The notes beneath the pieces were generated by a model, which was not told where the DNA came from, did not search any database, and was given only the letters and a program-made list of their open reading frames with translations. From Macrostomum lignano (taxonomy: Eukaryota), in NCBI GenBank assembly GCA_002269645.1, contig NIVC01002046.1, forward strand, positions 1 through 64,000: 64,000 nt of DNA. Direction: 5' to 3'. Every line of letters begins with the position of its first letter. Positions within the stretch are counted from its first letter, which is position 1. Shown here in pieces: positions 42,301 to 54,500 of this stretch. Both the position numbers and the translations under genes were made by a program.

Positions 42301-44312
42301 CTGAAGTGTGAGGTGTGGGGTATGGGATTCTGAAGTGTATGGGGTGTGGGGCATGGAGTTCTGAGGTGTGGGGTATGGGATTCTGATTTGTGGGGTATGG
42401 TATTTTGAAGTGTGAGTGTGGGGCATGGGATTCTGATGTGTGGGGGTATGGGGCATACAATTTCGAGGTGTGGGGTGTGATGTATGGTATTTTGAAGTTT
42501 GAGGTGTGGGACATGGGATTCTAAAGTGTATAGGTGTGGGATTCTTTATTAGCTCATATACATGGACGATGAGGGATTTTTAAGTATGGGATTGTTAGAA
42601 GCAGCTCACCGTGACTCACACCACAACCTAGCTGGTTTGATTCCATGCGAAGCCAATTAATTCATTTGGGGCTTTTGTGCACGAAAATTGGCCAGGGAGG
42701 GGGGGGGGGTTTGTGGTCCGATTCACAGCCATGAGGGCCAACCCCCAAGGCACTGAGAGTGTACATGCCTGACCGATTAGACAGTCAGAGGGGCACCGAC
42801 CACCCTGTTTGAGTGTTTCTATGTGCTTATGTTCTGGATTCTTCAATCTGTCATTCGGGGCAACAATCTCAGACAACGAAAGCGAACTGCAGCAACAGCA
42901 GCAGCAGCATCAGTTGGAGCAATCTGCAACAGACGATCAGCTTAACCAGCAGCAGCACTTCTCCAACAACAGCAGCAGCAACAGCCAAACGCTCGGCGAT
43001 TTCCTGTCCACGAAATGGGAGCCGCTCCGCTCCCTGGCCGACCGGGCCGTCGCCCTGATGCACGCCGTTCGCTTGGGTGTCGAGCCGCTGGCCAAAGAGG
43101 CCGCCGCCGCCTCCATAGCCATCTGCTGCCGGCAGCTGGCGCCGCTGATCTACGCCGGCGGCAGCGGCGGGGTGTCCACCTTCCTGAGCTGGCTGGCAGC
43201 CAGGCAGTGCCCGACCGACGCCGTGGGCACCCGGCTGTTGGCCTCGCTGAGGCGGGCGGCTGGCGAACGGCTCAGCCAGCGGTGCGCCAATCTTCGCCGA
43301 CTGTTGAGTCTGGTTCGATCGGAGCTGCGAGTTGTAGCGCTCGGCTGCTGCGGCGGCGACAACGTCGTCGGAGGCCTTGCCGACGTGGCCGAAGCTCTGG
43401 ACGATTTTGTTGGCAGCGTCGACTGCCTGCTGGCCGATGCGGCCGGCTCGGCGGCTTTGGTTGCCAGCCGGGAGGCCGAGTTCGACTGCGCCTGCGGCGA
43501 CGATGCCGACCATGCTGCTGCCGAGGAGCGGGCCGGCGACGGGGCTGCCGCTGACGCCGACGGATCTCGGCTGGTCAGTCTGGGTGTGGGATTCTTCTGT
43601 CTGGGTGTGAGATTCTTCTGTCTGGGTGTGGGATTCTTCTGTCTGGGTGTGGGATTCATCTGTCTGAGTGTGGGATTCTTCTGTCTGGGTGTGGGATTCT
43701 TCTGTCTGGGTGTGGGATTCTTCTGTCTGAGTGTGGGATTCTTCTGTCTTGGTTTGAGATTATTTTGTCTGAGTGTGGGATTCTTCTGTCTGGGGGTATG
43801 GGATTTTTCCGTCTGTGTGTGGGATTCTTCTGTCTTGGTGTGGGATTCCTCTTTAAACCCTATTGAAGGTGGACAGTTTATTTAAAGCTTCACCCCACCG
43901 GCAGGAGCAGGAGGGCACCCCAACCGCGCCAAGACGACGCCAGCGCCGGCGCCCTCAACCGGAGCGCCTATCCCTGCCAGCATTCAACCAGCGAATCAAC
44001 TGGATCAATGCCTGTCCGGAGTTCTTCAAGCACTCCCGAGCTGTGGTGTCGCACTGCCAGCAGACTCTGCGCTACCTGGAGATCCTGCTTGGCGGCAGTC
44101 AGCTCGAAATCATCACTGTAGGCGTGAAATGCCAACACGAGATGCAACGGTTAGACTTAGACTTGGACTGCCTGCCAGTCAGCAAGCTGTTTGACTCGTC
44201 AATCGAACCAAGTCGAGCTTGTCTGCGCCGATTAAAACTGACGCTGGAAGCCGCCTGCGTCAAAGCGGCGGAGCTCGTCATCAGCGGTCGGAATCGGCAT
44301 CAGCGGCGTTAA
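36379..44312 (+). CDS. KIF14-like kinesin-3, copy B; exons 36379-37209, 37568-38333, 40286-40509, 41003-41576, 42873-43573, 43905-44312
   Basis: Same exon set and lengths as copy A, with open frames. Confidence 0.9.
37270..37560. repeat. 30-bp minisatellite (GTAGCCACCACTATCCGCCCCTGTCCCCCA), kinesin B intron 1
   Basis: Direct inspection; 10-aa period in the ORF track. Confidence 0.92.
38372..40225. repeat. 24-bp minisatellite with a 95-bp higher-order repeat (~38840-39500 and again ~39700-39910), kinesin B intron 2
   Basis: ORF starts at 38936, 39031, 39126, 39221, 39316 and 39411 are spaced exactly 95 nt apart. Confidence 0.92.
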
Positions 44313-45566
44313 ATCATTTTAATAACGATATTTTCTTAACTTTCTACTTAATTCGAGCTGGTCAGTAGTATAAATTAAAATTTTACGCATTTTTCTACAA
44401 TTCAACCAAAAAGTCAGTTTTTTGCTACTAAAAGTAGGCCAAAATGGACTTGCAATTGCAACTAATAAGTTTTTTCTTCTACTCCTAGTAGTTCAAAGCG
44501 AATTTTTCTACTTTAAAGTGCTTTTATATTGCTTACATTTTTAATTCCCTTTTGTCGTTATTGTTAGCATTTAAATTTAATATAAATTTCTATGTTCTCT
44601 TCTCACAATCACAAGGCTATTATAGTCGAAATACACTGGGACAATTATTATGCAATGGCTAAGTATCGATATTTTCTCAACAGTCAACAAGTGTCTTGAA
44701 CGAATTGGTGTGATTATTTTTATTATAATGATTATAAATCATAGAGAAGTTAAAAGCTAAGATTATTTCTTAGGACAGCATTAGCAAAACTAAAAAAGCT
44801 TTTGTTAAAAACAGCAGCATTGAGCAAGTTTATTCGCATTGATGAATAATGTAAAACAGTAGTGCTACTGCTTTCAGTAGTATAAAGTGTTTCTTGATTA
44901 ACAATATTGTTAGTTGTGCGTTGCTAAAAGTTAATTCACACAACTAATAGCGCTGTAATTGTCACACACCTGGAACTGGGCCTATCTAATTGTCACACCT
45001 AAAACTGGGCCTATCTAATTGTCACACCTGGAACTGAGCTTATCTAATTGTCACACCTGGAACTGAATCCAGCTATAATTGTCACACCCGGAACTGAATC
45101 CAGCTATAATTGTCACACCTGGAACTGAATCCAGCTATAATTGTCACACCTGGAACTGAATCCAGCTATAATTGTCACACCTGGAACTGAATCCAGCTAT
45201 AATTGTCACACCCGGAACTGAATCCAGCTATAATTGTCACACCTGGAACTGAATCCAGCTATAATTGTCACACCTGGAACTGAATCCAGCTATAATTGTC
45301 ACACCCGGAACTGAATCCAGCTATAATTGTCACACCTGGAACTGAATCCAGCTATAATTGTCACACCTGGAACTGAATCCAGCTATAATTGTCACACCTG
45401 GAACTGAATCCAGCTATAATTGTCACACCTGGAACTGAATCCAGCTATAATTGTCACACCCGGAACTGAATCCAGCTATAATTGTCACACCTGGAACTGA
45501 ATCCAGCTATAATTGTCACACCTGGAACTGAATCCAGTATATTGTCACACCTAGTGGACAACCCAG

Positions 45567-48500
45567 TCACTCGGCCACCAGTCTCTTGTGCAGAGTCTGC
45601 GCAAACTTCACCACCAGAGCGGTCCATCCAGTCTGATGGCTGGCACCGCAGCCTCGCCCCGTGTCGCCGTGGAAGTACTCGTAGAACAGGGCGAACTCCG
45701 CACCGCGCCACTGGCTAGCGAACTCTTTAGCCTCCCCGTGCAGCGGTCGTCGTCGGTTAGTCGCAGCAGTCTGGCCTAGAGAATACGGTATAGAAATAGA
45801 AACTTGCAATGAGACAGAGTTGGTTAGATACTATACTCAGGCACTCATATACACGCTAACACGGTGTTAGTGTAGCTAAGTGTAGCTAAACACAGCGGCC
45901 CGGACTTTCTAATCGTCAGGTAATTACCATCTACGCCGTCGTGTTTGCCAACAAAGATTGACAGCACTCGTTCGCAGACTTGTCTGGCAAAGCGACGCAG
46001 CCGGGGATCGGGTCGGCCGCCTTCGTGCACCCTTAGCGCCGCCTGCACCAGCAGGTAGTTCATGCAGAGCCACACCGGGCCGCGCCAGTTGCTGTTGCCG
46101 CCGTACATCCCGGTGCGAGACTCGCCCGGCTCGTAGTTTAACGTGGACTGAGCCAGCGTCACCGGGTGCTTCCGGTGCCAGCGAGACACCATGCGTACCC
46201 CGTAGGGTCCTTGTGGGGTTGCGATTTTGTAGTTTTCATTGGTTATAAATTGGTTTATTATTTTTCGTACTTTTCTACTAATGAGTAGGCAAGTTGGAGT
46301 ATTTCTGTGCTTTTATTGTTGTAAGCAAATATAGCACAATGACGAAGGGACCTAAGCGCTGTAAGAACCGATTTTGAGTCTGGCGCCAGTGTCTAGGGAA
46401 TTCTGAGCCTGGCGCCAATGTCTAGGGAATTCTGAGTGTGGCGCAAATGTCGGAATTCTGAGTGTGGCGCCAATGTCTAGGGAATTCTGAGTGTGGCGCA
46501 AATGTCGGAATTCTGAGTGTGGCGCCAATGTCTAGGGAATTCTGAGTATGGCGCCAATGTCTAGGGAATTCTGAGTGTGGCGCCAAGGCCAGGGAGTTCT
46601 GAGTGTGGCGCCAAGGCCAGGGAGTTCTGAGTGTGGCGCCAAGGCCAGGGAGTTCTGAATGTGGCGCCAAGGCCAGGGAGTTCTGAGTGTGGCGCCAAGG
46701 CCAGGGAGTTCTGAGTCTGAGTAAAGGCCACCCAGCTCACCCAGAAATCCTTCGTCAGCATCGGAGCAGTCTGCGGGGCCCTCCCGCAGCGGGAACAGCC
46801 GCTCGAAGACTTTCACCCACTGCCTGCTGTTCAGCAGAGACACCAAGCAGCGGCTCCCACTGTTGCCAGGTCGTTCAACGCGAAGGCCGCACCTGGAAGT
46901 TTTTTGTTGAATTGTGAACTGATGCTGTACTCGTGCCACATGGACGCCAGATTGAGTACAGTGGCACTAAATTGAGTACAGAAGCACTAAATTGAGTACA
47001 GTGGCACTAAATTGAGTACAGTGGCACTAAATTGAGTACAGTGGCACTAAATTGAGTACAGTGGCACTAAATTGAGTACAGAAGCACTAAATTGAGTACA
47101 GTGGCACTAAATTGAGTACAGTGGCACTAAATTGAGTACAGTGGCACCAAATTGGGAATTGAGTACAGAAGCACTAAATTGAGTACAGTGGCACTAAATT
47201 GAGTACAGTGGCACTAAATTGAGTACAATGGCACTAAATTGAGTACAGTGGCACTAAATTGAGTACAGTGGAACTGAATTGAGTACAGTGGCACTAAATT
47301 GAGTACAGTGGAACTGAATTGAGTACAGTGGCACTAAATTGAGTACAGTGGCACTAAATTGAGTACAATGGCACTAAATTGAGTACAGTGGCACTAAATT
47401 GAGTACAGTGGAACTGAATTGAGTACAGTGGCACTAAATTGAGTACAGTGGAACTGAATTGAGTACAGTGGCGCCTAATTATGTGCAATACCGCCAGTTA
47501 GGTACAGCGGCGCCAAATTCGTGGCTGTGGCGCCAAACAAAGAACAAAAATTGAGCGCTAAGTTATCAAATTAGGCTGAATGCTTTCGCACCTGTCAATC
47601 GCATCAGCAACCGCCTCCCTGCCAGCCAAGTCGCTCCAGTCGAAGTCCATAACGGCAGTCAGCGGCATCAGGCCCACCATGGACAGGATTCGAACATGGG
47701 TCCGCCGCCACACCCCGTCCGCTCCTCTCTCCTCGAGTATATCAAAGCAGAATCCTTCGGCATCGTCGAAGTGTCGGAAGCCCCGCTGCAGCCTGGCCAG
47801 CCAGTCCAGCCAATAGCAGAGCTCGGAATCTGATTGGCCAGCGGCCGCAGCCAATCGGAGGCAGTGCAGGCCGGTAGCGAACACCCAAGCGTAGGCGTCG
47901 GCCTGATAAATCCGACAATTGTCCGGCACTCGCGACCTGTCAATTGCGCAGATATTGTCCATGCCTAGGAAGCCGCTTTTAAAGTATACGGCGTCCGACT
48001 CCGAGTCGTCTGCGGAGCATTGCGACGCCACTCGGCGATGCCGCAGCCACCAGGCGAAGTTCAGCTTCAGGCGCGGATAAATCCTGCGCGCAAAGTCCAG
48101 GTCGCCAGTGGATTTGAACACTTCGTATGCCGACCAGGCCAGCACTGGCGGGTTCTCGTCGCTGTAGTTGAACTCGCAGCCGGGAACCTGAGTTTTTTGG
48201 GGAGGTTTGAGACTGAGTTGGAGACGGAATGATTGAGTGTGTGACTGAATGTGTGACTGAGTGTGTGACTGAATGATTGAGTGTGACTGAGTGTGTGACT
48301 GAGTGTGTGACTGAATGATTGAGTGTGACTGAGTGTGTGACAATGTGTGACAATGTGTGACTGAATGTGTGACTGAGTATGGGACTGAGCGTGTGACTGA
48401 GCGATTGAGTGTGTGACTGAGCGTGTAACTGAGTGTGTGACTGAGCGTGTAACTGAGTGTGTAACTGAGTGTGTGACTGAGCGTGTAACTGAGTGTGTGA

Positions 48501-51500
48501 CTGAGTGTGACTGAATGTGTGACTGAGTGTGTGACTGAATGATTGAGTGTGTAACTGAGTGTGTAACTGAGTGTGACTGAATGTGTGACTGAGTGTGTGA
48601 CTGAATGATTGAGTGTGTGACTGAATGTGTGACTGAGTATGGGACTGAATGATTGAGTGTGTAACTGAGTGTGTAACTGAGTGTGACTGAATGTGTGACT
48701 GAGTGTGTGACTGAATGATTGAGTGTGTGACTGAGTGTGTGACTGAATGTGTGACTGAGTATGGGACTGAGCGTGTGACTGAGCGATTGAGTGTGTGACT
48801 GAGCGTGTAACTGAGTGTGTAACTGAGCGTGTAACTGAGTGTGTGACTGAGTGTGACTGAATGTGTGACTGAGTGCGTGACTGAATGATTGAGTGTGTGA
48901 CTGAGTGTGTGACTGAATGTGTGACTGAGTATGGGACTGAGCGTGTGACTGAGCGATTGAGTGTGTGACTGAGCGTGTAACTGAGTGTGTGACTGAGCGT
49001 GTAACTGAGTGTGTGACTGAGTGTGTGACTGAGCGTGTAACTGAGTGTGTGACTGAGTGTGTGACTGAGCGTGTAACTGAGTGTGTGACTGAGTGTGTGA
49101 CTGAGCGTGTGACTGAGCGTGTAACTGAGTGTGTAACTGAGTGTGTGACTGAGCGTGTAACTGAGTGTGTGACTGAGTGTGTGACTGAGCGTGTGACTGA
49201 GCGTGTAACTGAGTGTGTAACTGAGTGTGTGACTGAATATATGATTGATTAACTGAGTGTGCTCAACTGAGTCGGCTGCCTCAACAAGCTGAGTGGCCCA
49301 CCCGCTCACCTGTCCCTCAGGCGACATGTACCGATCGCTGAGCATGAGCTCCAGCTGGGCCTTGGCAAAGTCCGGGTCGACGTCAGCCAACACTGCGGCC
49401 TGGAAACCGGTGTCCCAGGAGGCGTACCAGGGGAATTCCCATTTGTCCGGCATGCTGAGAATGTCGGCATTGTCCAGGTGCTCCCAGCCGTGGGGGTTCC
49501 ACCTGGCGGATTAGATAGGATGCGGGCTCCAGACTCTTGAGTAAAAAAATTGTTTGTGTTTGAGGTTATTGAAATCCCAATCTCTACAAATATGAGGCTT
49601 TCGAAATCTCACCTCTCTACAAACAGATCTGATCACAGTCTCACCTATCTAAAAATAGATTTGATCCAAATCTCACCCTTCTACAAACAAATTTGAGTAA
49701 AATCTCACCCCTCTACGACAGTCAGATTTGATCAAAATCTCTTCTATCTACAAACAGATTTGATCAAAATCTCATTCATCTAAAAACATATTTGATCAAA
49801 ATCTCATTCATCTACAATCAGATTGGATCAAAATCTCATTCATTTACAATCAGATTTGATCAAAATCTCATTCATCTGCAATCAGATTTGATCAAAATCT
49901 CATTAATCTACAATCAGAGTTGATCAAAATCTCATTCATCTGCAATCAGATTTGATCAAAATCTCATTAATCTACAATCAGATTTGATCAAAATCTCATT
50001 CATCTACAATCAGATTTAATCAAAATCTCATTCATCTACAATCAGATTTGATCAAAATCTCATTCATCTACAATCAGATTTAATCAAAATCTCATTAATC
50101 TACAATCAGATTTGATCAAAATCTCATTTATCTACAATCAGATTTGATCAAAATCTCATTAATCTACAATCAGATTTGATCAAAATCTCATTCATCTACA
50201 ATCAGATTTGATCAAAATCTCATTAATCTACAATCAGATTTGATCAAAATCTCATTAATCTACAATCAGATTTGATCAAAATCTCACCCCTCTACAATCA
50301 GATTTGATCAAAATCTCACCCCTCTACAATCAGATTGGATCAAAATCTCATTCATCTACAATCAGATTTGATCAAAATCTCATTAATCTACAATCAGATT
50401 TGATCAAAATCTCATTCATCTACAATCAGATTTGATCAAAATCTCACCCCTCTACAATCAGATTGGATCAAAATCTCATTCATCTACAATCAGATCTGAT
50501 CAAAATCTCACCCCTCTACAATCAGATTGGATCAAAATCTCATTCATTTACAATCAGATTTGATCAAAATCTCATTCATCTGCAATCAGATTTGATCAAA
50601 ATCTCATTAATCTACAATCAGAGTTGATCAAAATCTCATTAATCTACAATCAGATTTAATCAAAATCTCATTAATCTACAATCATATTTGATCAAAATCT
50701 CATTCATCTACAATCAGATTTGATCAAAATCTCATCTCTTTACAAATTATAATGAATAGCATAACAAACTCGCCTCTCACCTGAAAGCATTCCTGATACC
50801 GGCAGCCTCCCTGCACTTCAAGTACCTGGTTGGCCTGTACTCATAGTACTGCTTGCTCCACAGCAGGCCAGAGTAAGCCAGCCGGCAGATCTCAGCCAAG
50901 TCGCTGCTGGGATGATAACTTTCAGGCAGCCAGTCTAAAACCTTGGCATAGAATGCTTCGGTTTTAGCTCGCTGCCTAGCAACCAGCTCGTTAGTAACCA
51001 ACAGCGGAACTGGGCGGGATTGCGGCCGGTTGGATAAGCGAACACAGACACTGGCGGCGGCTCCGGGTGCCAGGGTCAACTGGTGCACGGAGCTGCACTT
51101 GCTGCCCGCGTCGCGGGCAGGCGGGGGCGGTCTGAGGGTGTTTAAGATGGGGAAAGCGAATGTGAAATGACGGTGAAAACTATCTGCGTGAATTAGGGAT
51201 AAACTCTCTTATCTGAATTTTGAGATTAACTAAGACAAAAAATAGATTGACTTCTAGCTTCTAGCTTCTAGCTAGGCATGTACACTTCACTGTGCCTTTG
51301 GGGTTGGCCCTCAAGCTGGGCGTTAATTGCACGAGCAGAGCCAAGCCGAGATTCCAATTTAACCCCCAAATTGATGTGACTGCACTTGGAATCGAGCCTG
51401 GGCCGCTGGCACATCAGAGCGCTGCGCTGGACCACTGGGCTACGGCACCGCTCTATCGGAGGGTACAGACAGTCTCTATCGGAGGGTACAGACAGTCTCT

Positions 51501-54500
51501 ATCGGAGGGTGCAGACAGTCTCTATCGGAGGGTACAGACAGTCTCTATCGGAGGGTACAGACAGTCTCTATCGGAGGGTGCAGACAGTCTCTATCGGAGG
51601 GTGCAGACAGTCTCTATCGGAGGGTACAGACAGTCTCTATCGGAGGGTACAGACAGTCTCTATCGGAGGGTACAGACAGTCTCTATCGGAGGGTACAGAC
51701 AGTCTCTATCGGAGGGTGCAGACAGTCTCTATCGGAGGGTACAGACAGTCTCTATCGGAGGGTACAGACAGTCTCTATCGGAGGGTGCAGACAGTCTCTA
51801 TCGGAGGGTACAGACAGTCTCTATCGGAGGGTACAGACAGTCTCTATCGGAGGGTGCAGACAGTCTCTATCGGAGGGTGCAGACAGTCTCTATCGGAGGG
51901 TACAGACAGTCTCTATCGGAGGGTACAGACAGTCTCTATCGGAGGGTACAGACAGTCTCTATCGGAGGGTACAGACAGCCTCTATCGGAGGGTGCAGACA
52001 GTCTCTATCAGAGGGTACAGACAGTCTCTATCGGAGGGTACCGACAGTCTATCGGAGGGTACAGACAGTCTCTATCGGAGGGTACAGACAGTCTCTATCG
52101 GAGGGTGCAGACAGTCTCTATCGGAGGGTACAGACAGTCTCTATCGGAGGGTACAGACAGTCTCTATCGGAGGGTACAGACAGTCTCTATCAGAGGGTAC
52201 AGACAGTCTCTATCGGAGGGTACCGACAGTCTATCGGAGGGTACAGACAGTCTCTATCGGAGGGTACAGACAGTCTCTATCAGAGGGTACAGACAGTCTC
52301 TATCGGAGGGTACCGACAGTCTCAATCGGAGGGTGCAGACAGTCTCTATCGGAGGGTACAGACAGTCTCTATCGGAGGGTGCAGACAGTCTCTATCGGAG
52401 GGTACCGACAGTCTCAATCGGAGGGTGCAGACAGTCTCTATCGGAGGGTACAGACAGTCTCTATCGGAGGGTACCGACAGTCTCTATCGGAGGGTACAGA
52501 CAGTCTCTATCGGAGGGTACAGACAGTCTCTATCGGAGGGTACAGACAGTCTCTATCAGAGGGTACAGACAGTCTCTATCGGAGGGTACAGACAGTCTCT
52601 ATCGGAGGGTACAGACAGTCTCTATCGGAGGGTACAGACAGTCTCTATCGGAGGGTACAGACAGTCTCTATCGGAGGGTGCAGACAGTCTCTATCGGAGG
52701 GTGCAGACAGTCTCTATCGGAGGGTACAGACAGTCTCTATCGGAGGGTACAGACAGTCTCTATCGGAGGGTACAGACAGTCTCTATCGGAGGGTACAGAC
52801 AGTCTCTATCGGAGGGTGCAGACAGTCTCTATCAGAGGGTACAGACAGTCTCTATCGGAGGGTACCGACAGTCTATCGGAGGGTACAGACAGTCTCTATC
52901 GGAGGGTACAGACAGTCTCTATCGGAGGGTGCAGACAGTCTCTATCGGAGGGTACAGACAGTCTCTATCGGAGGGTACAGACAGTCTCTATCGGAGGGTA
53001 CAGACAGTCTCTATCAGAGGGTACAGACAGTCTCTATCGGAGGGTACCGACAGTCTATCGGAGGGTACAGACAGTCTCTATCGGAGGGTACAGACAGTCT
53101 CTATCAGAGGGTACAGACAGTCTCTATCGGAGGGTACCGACAGTCTCAATCGGAGGGTGCAGACAGTCTCTATCGGAGGGTACAGACAGTCTCTATCAGA
53201 GGGTACAGACAGTCTCTATCGGAGGGTACAGACAGTCTCTATCGGAGGGTACCGACAGTCTCTATCGGAGGGTACAGACAGTCTCTATCGGAGGGTGCAG
53301 ACAGGCTTTATCGGAGGGCATAGACAGATTCAGTGGGCAAAAAAGTACAGTACAACAAGTCAAAGCTCAAACAGCACCCACCCTGTGCCCTGGCCGCGGT
53401 CAGGTATCTGGATATGGCATTTTTTTCCTCAGTCTCATTTCTGGTGAACAGAATTCCCGGTCCATCCGCCGCCATGAATTCGTTGCTGAATTGAGCAAAA
53501 ACGGTTGGCAACTCCGGGTGCCGGCATTCCACAGTTGGTGGAAAGCTTTTGTTAGCACCGGTTACTCGGGTGAGTCTCGGCTGGTCTTTGTCCGCCCTCT
53601 TGGTGGCGGCTGAATCAGAATAGACTGTGTTCCAGGTGTTTCTGGGATGTGTTTTCACGATAGAGATTGTGCTTAGTGTTGATGTCAATTTTTACCCCAT
53701 GATCCAGGTGTTAATCCCCTAATTAGAGATCCCATCACCCAGTTGTTAATCCCCTAATTAGAGATCCCATCACCCAGGTGTTAATCCCCTAATTAGAGAT
53801 CCCATCACCCAGGTGTTAATCCCCTAATAAGAGATCCCATCACCCAGGTGTTAATCCCCTAATTAGAGATCCTATCACCCAGTTTTTAATCCCCTAATTA
53901 GAGATCCCATCACCCAAGTGTTAATCCCCTAATTAGAGATCCCATCACCCATGTGTTAATCCCCTAATTAGAGATCCCATCACCCAGGTGTTAATCCCCA
54001 AATTAGAGATCCCATCACCCAGGTGTTAATCCCCTATCTCACCTAAACCAGACGGTAGGCAAAGCATGCAGAGTGCTCTCAGAATCGCTGCAGTTCTTGG
54101 CGGTCATCACGCAGACGGTGTTGCCGCCGCCACCGCTGCCATCATCATCGCGGGCATATTCCACGCAGATCTCCCAGTAGCCCTTGTCGAACACTCCAGT
54201 ATCGTAGATTTCAAATTCGTCATCTCTGACGGATCGTTTGGCATTTTCAGCCAGGAGCCGGTCGTAGGGAAACGCTTCGACAGGGTAAATGTACTTGGCT
54301 CGCATGTAGTCATGACTGGGACTGTTGAGCTGGTAGAAGTAGGCCTCTTTAACGTCTTCTCCGTGATTTCCTTGAGCTCTCACGCCGCCAGTGAGGCCGA
54401 ACAGTTTTTCCTGGGATTTGGGAGAAAGGGAAGAAGACAACTAAAAAAGAGAGAGAGGTGCCCGCAGACCTTCTGTCTCCCTCAACAGACACAAAGCAAG

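Larger units (their letters stand above)
35492..47463. repeat. Tandem segmental duplication, copy B (~12 kb); right limit lies somewhere in the 20-bp array at 46950-47470
   Basis: Colinear with copy A; differs by scattered substitutions and by repeat array lengths. Confidence 0.95.

Noticed and set aside
30516-43659. Antisense and alternative-frame ORFs over the GC-rich kinesin exons (for example 30516-31160, 30662-31171, 42869-43513)
   Set aside because: Shadow ORFs expected from high GC content opposite or overlapping real exons.
51385-51451. tRNA gene (also 30230-30260 and 62744-62815)
   Set aside because: A/B-box-like motifs are present, but I could not fold a cloverleaf, and the first two continue into a shared SINE body.
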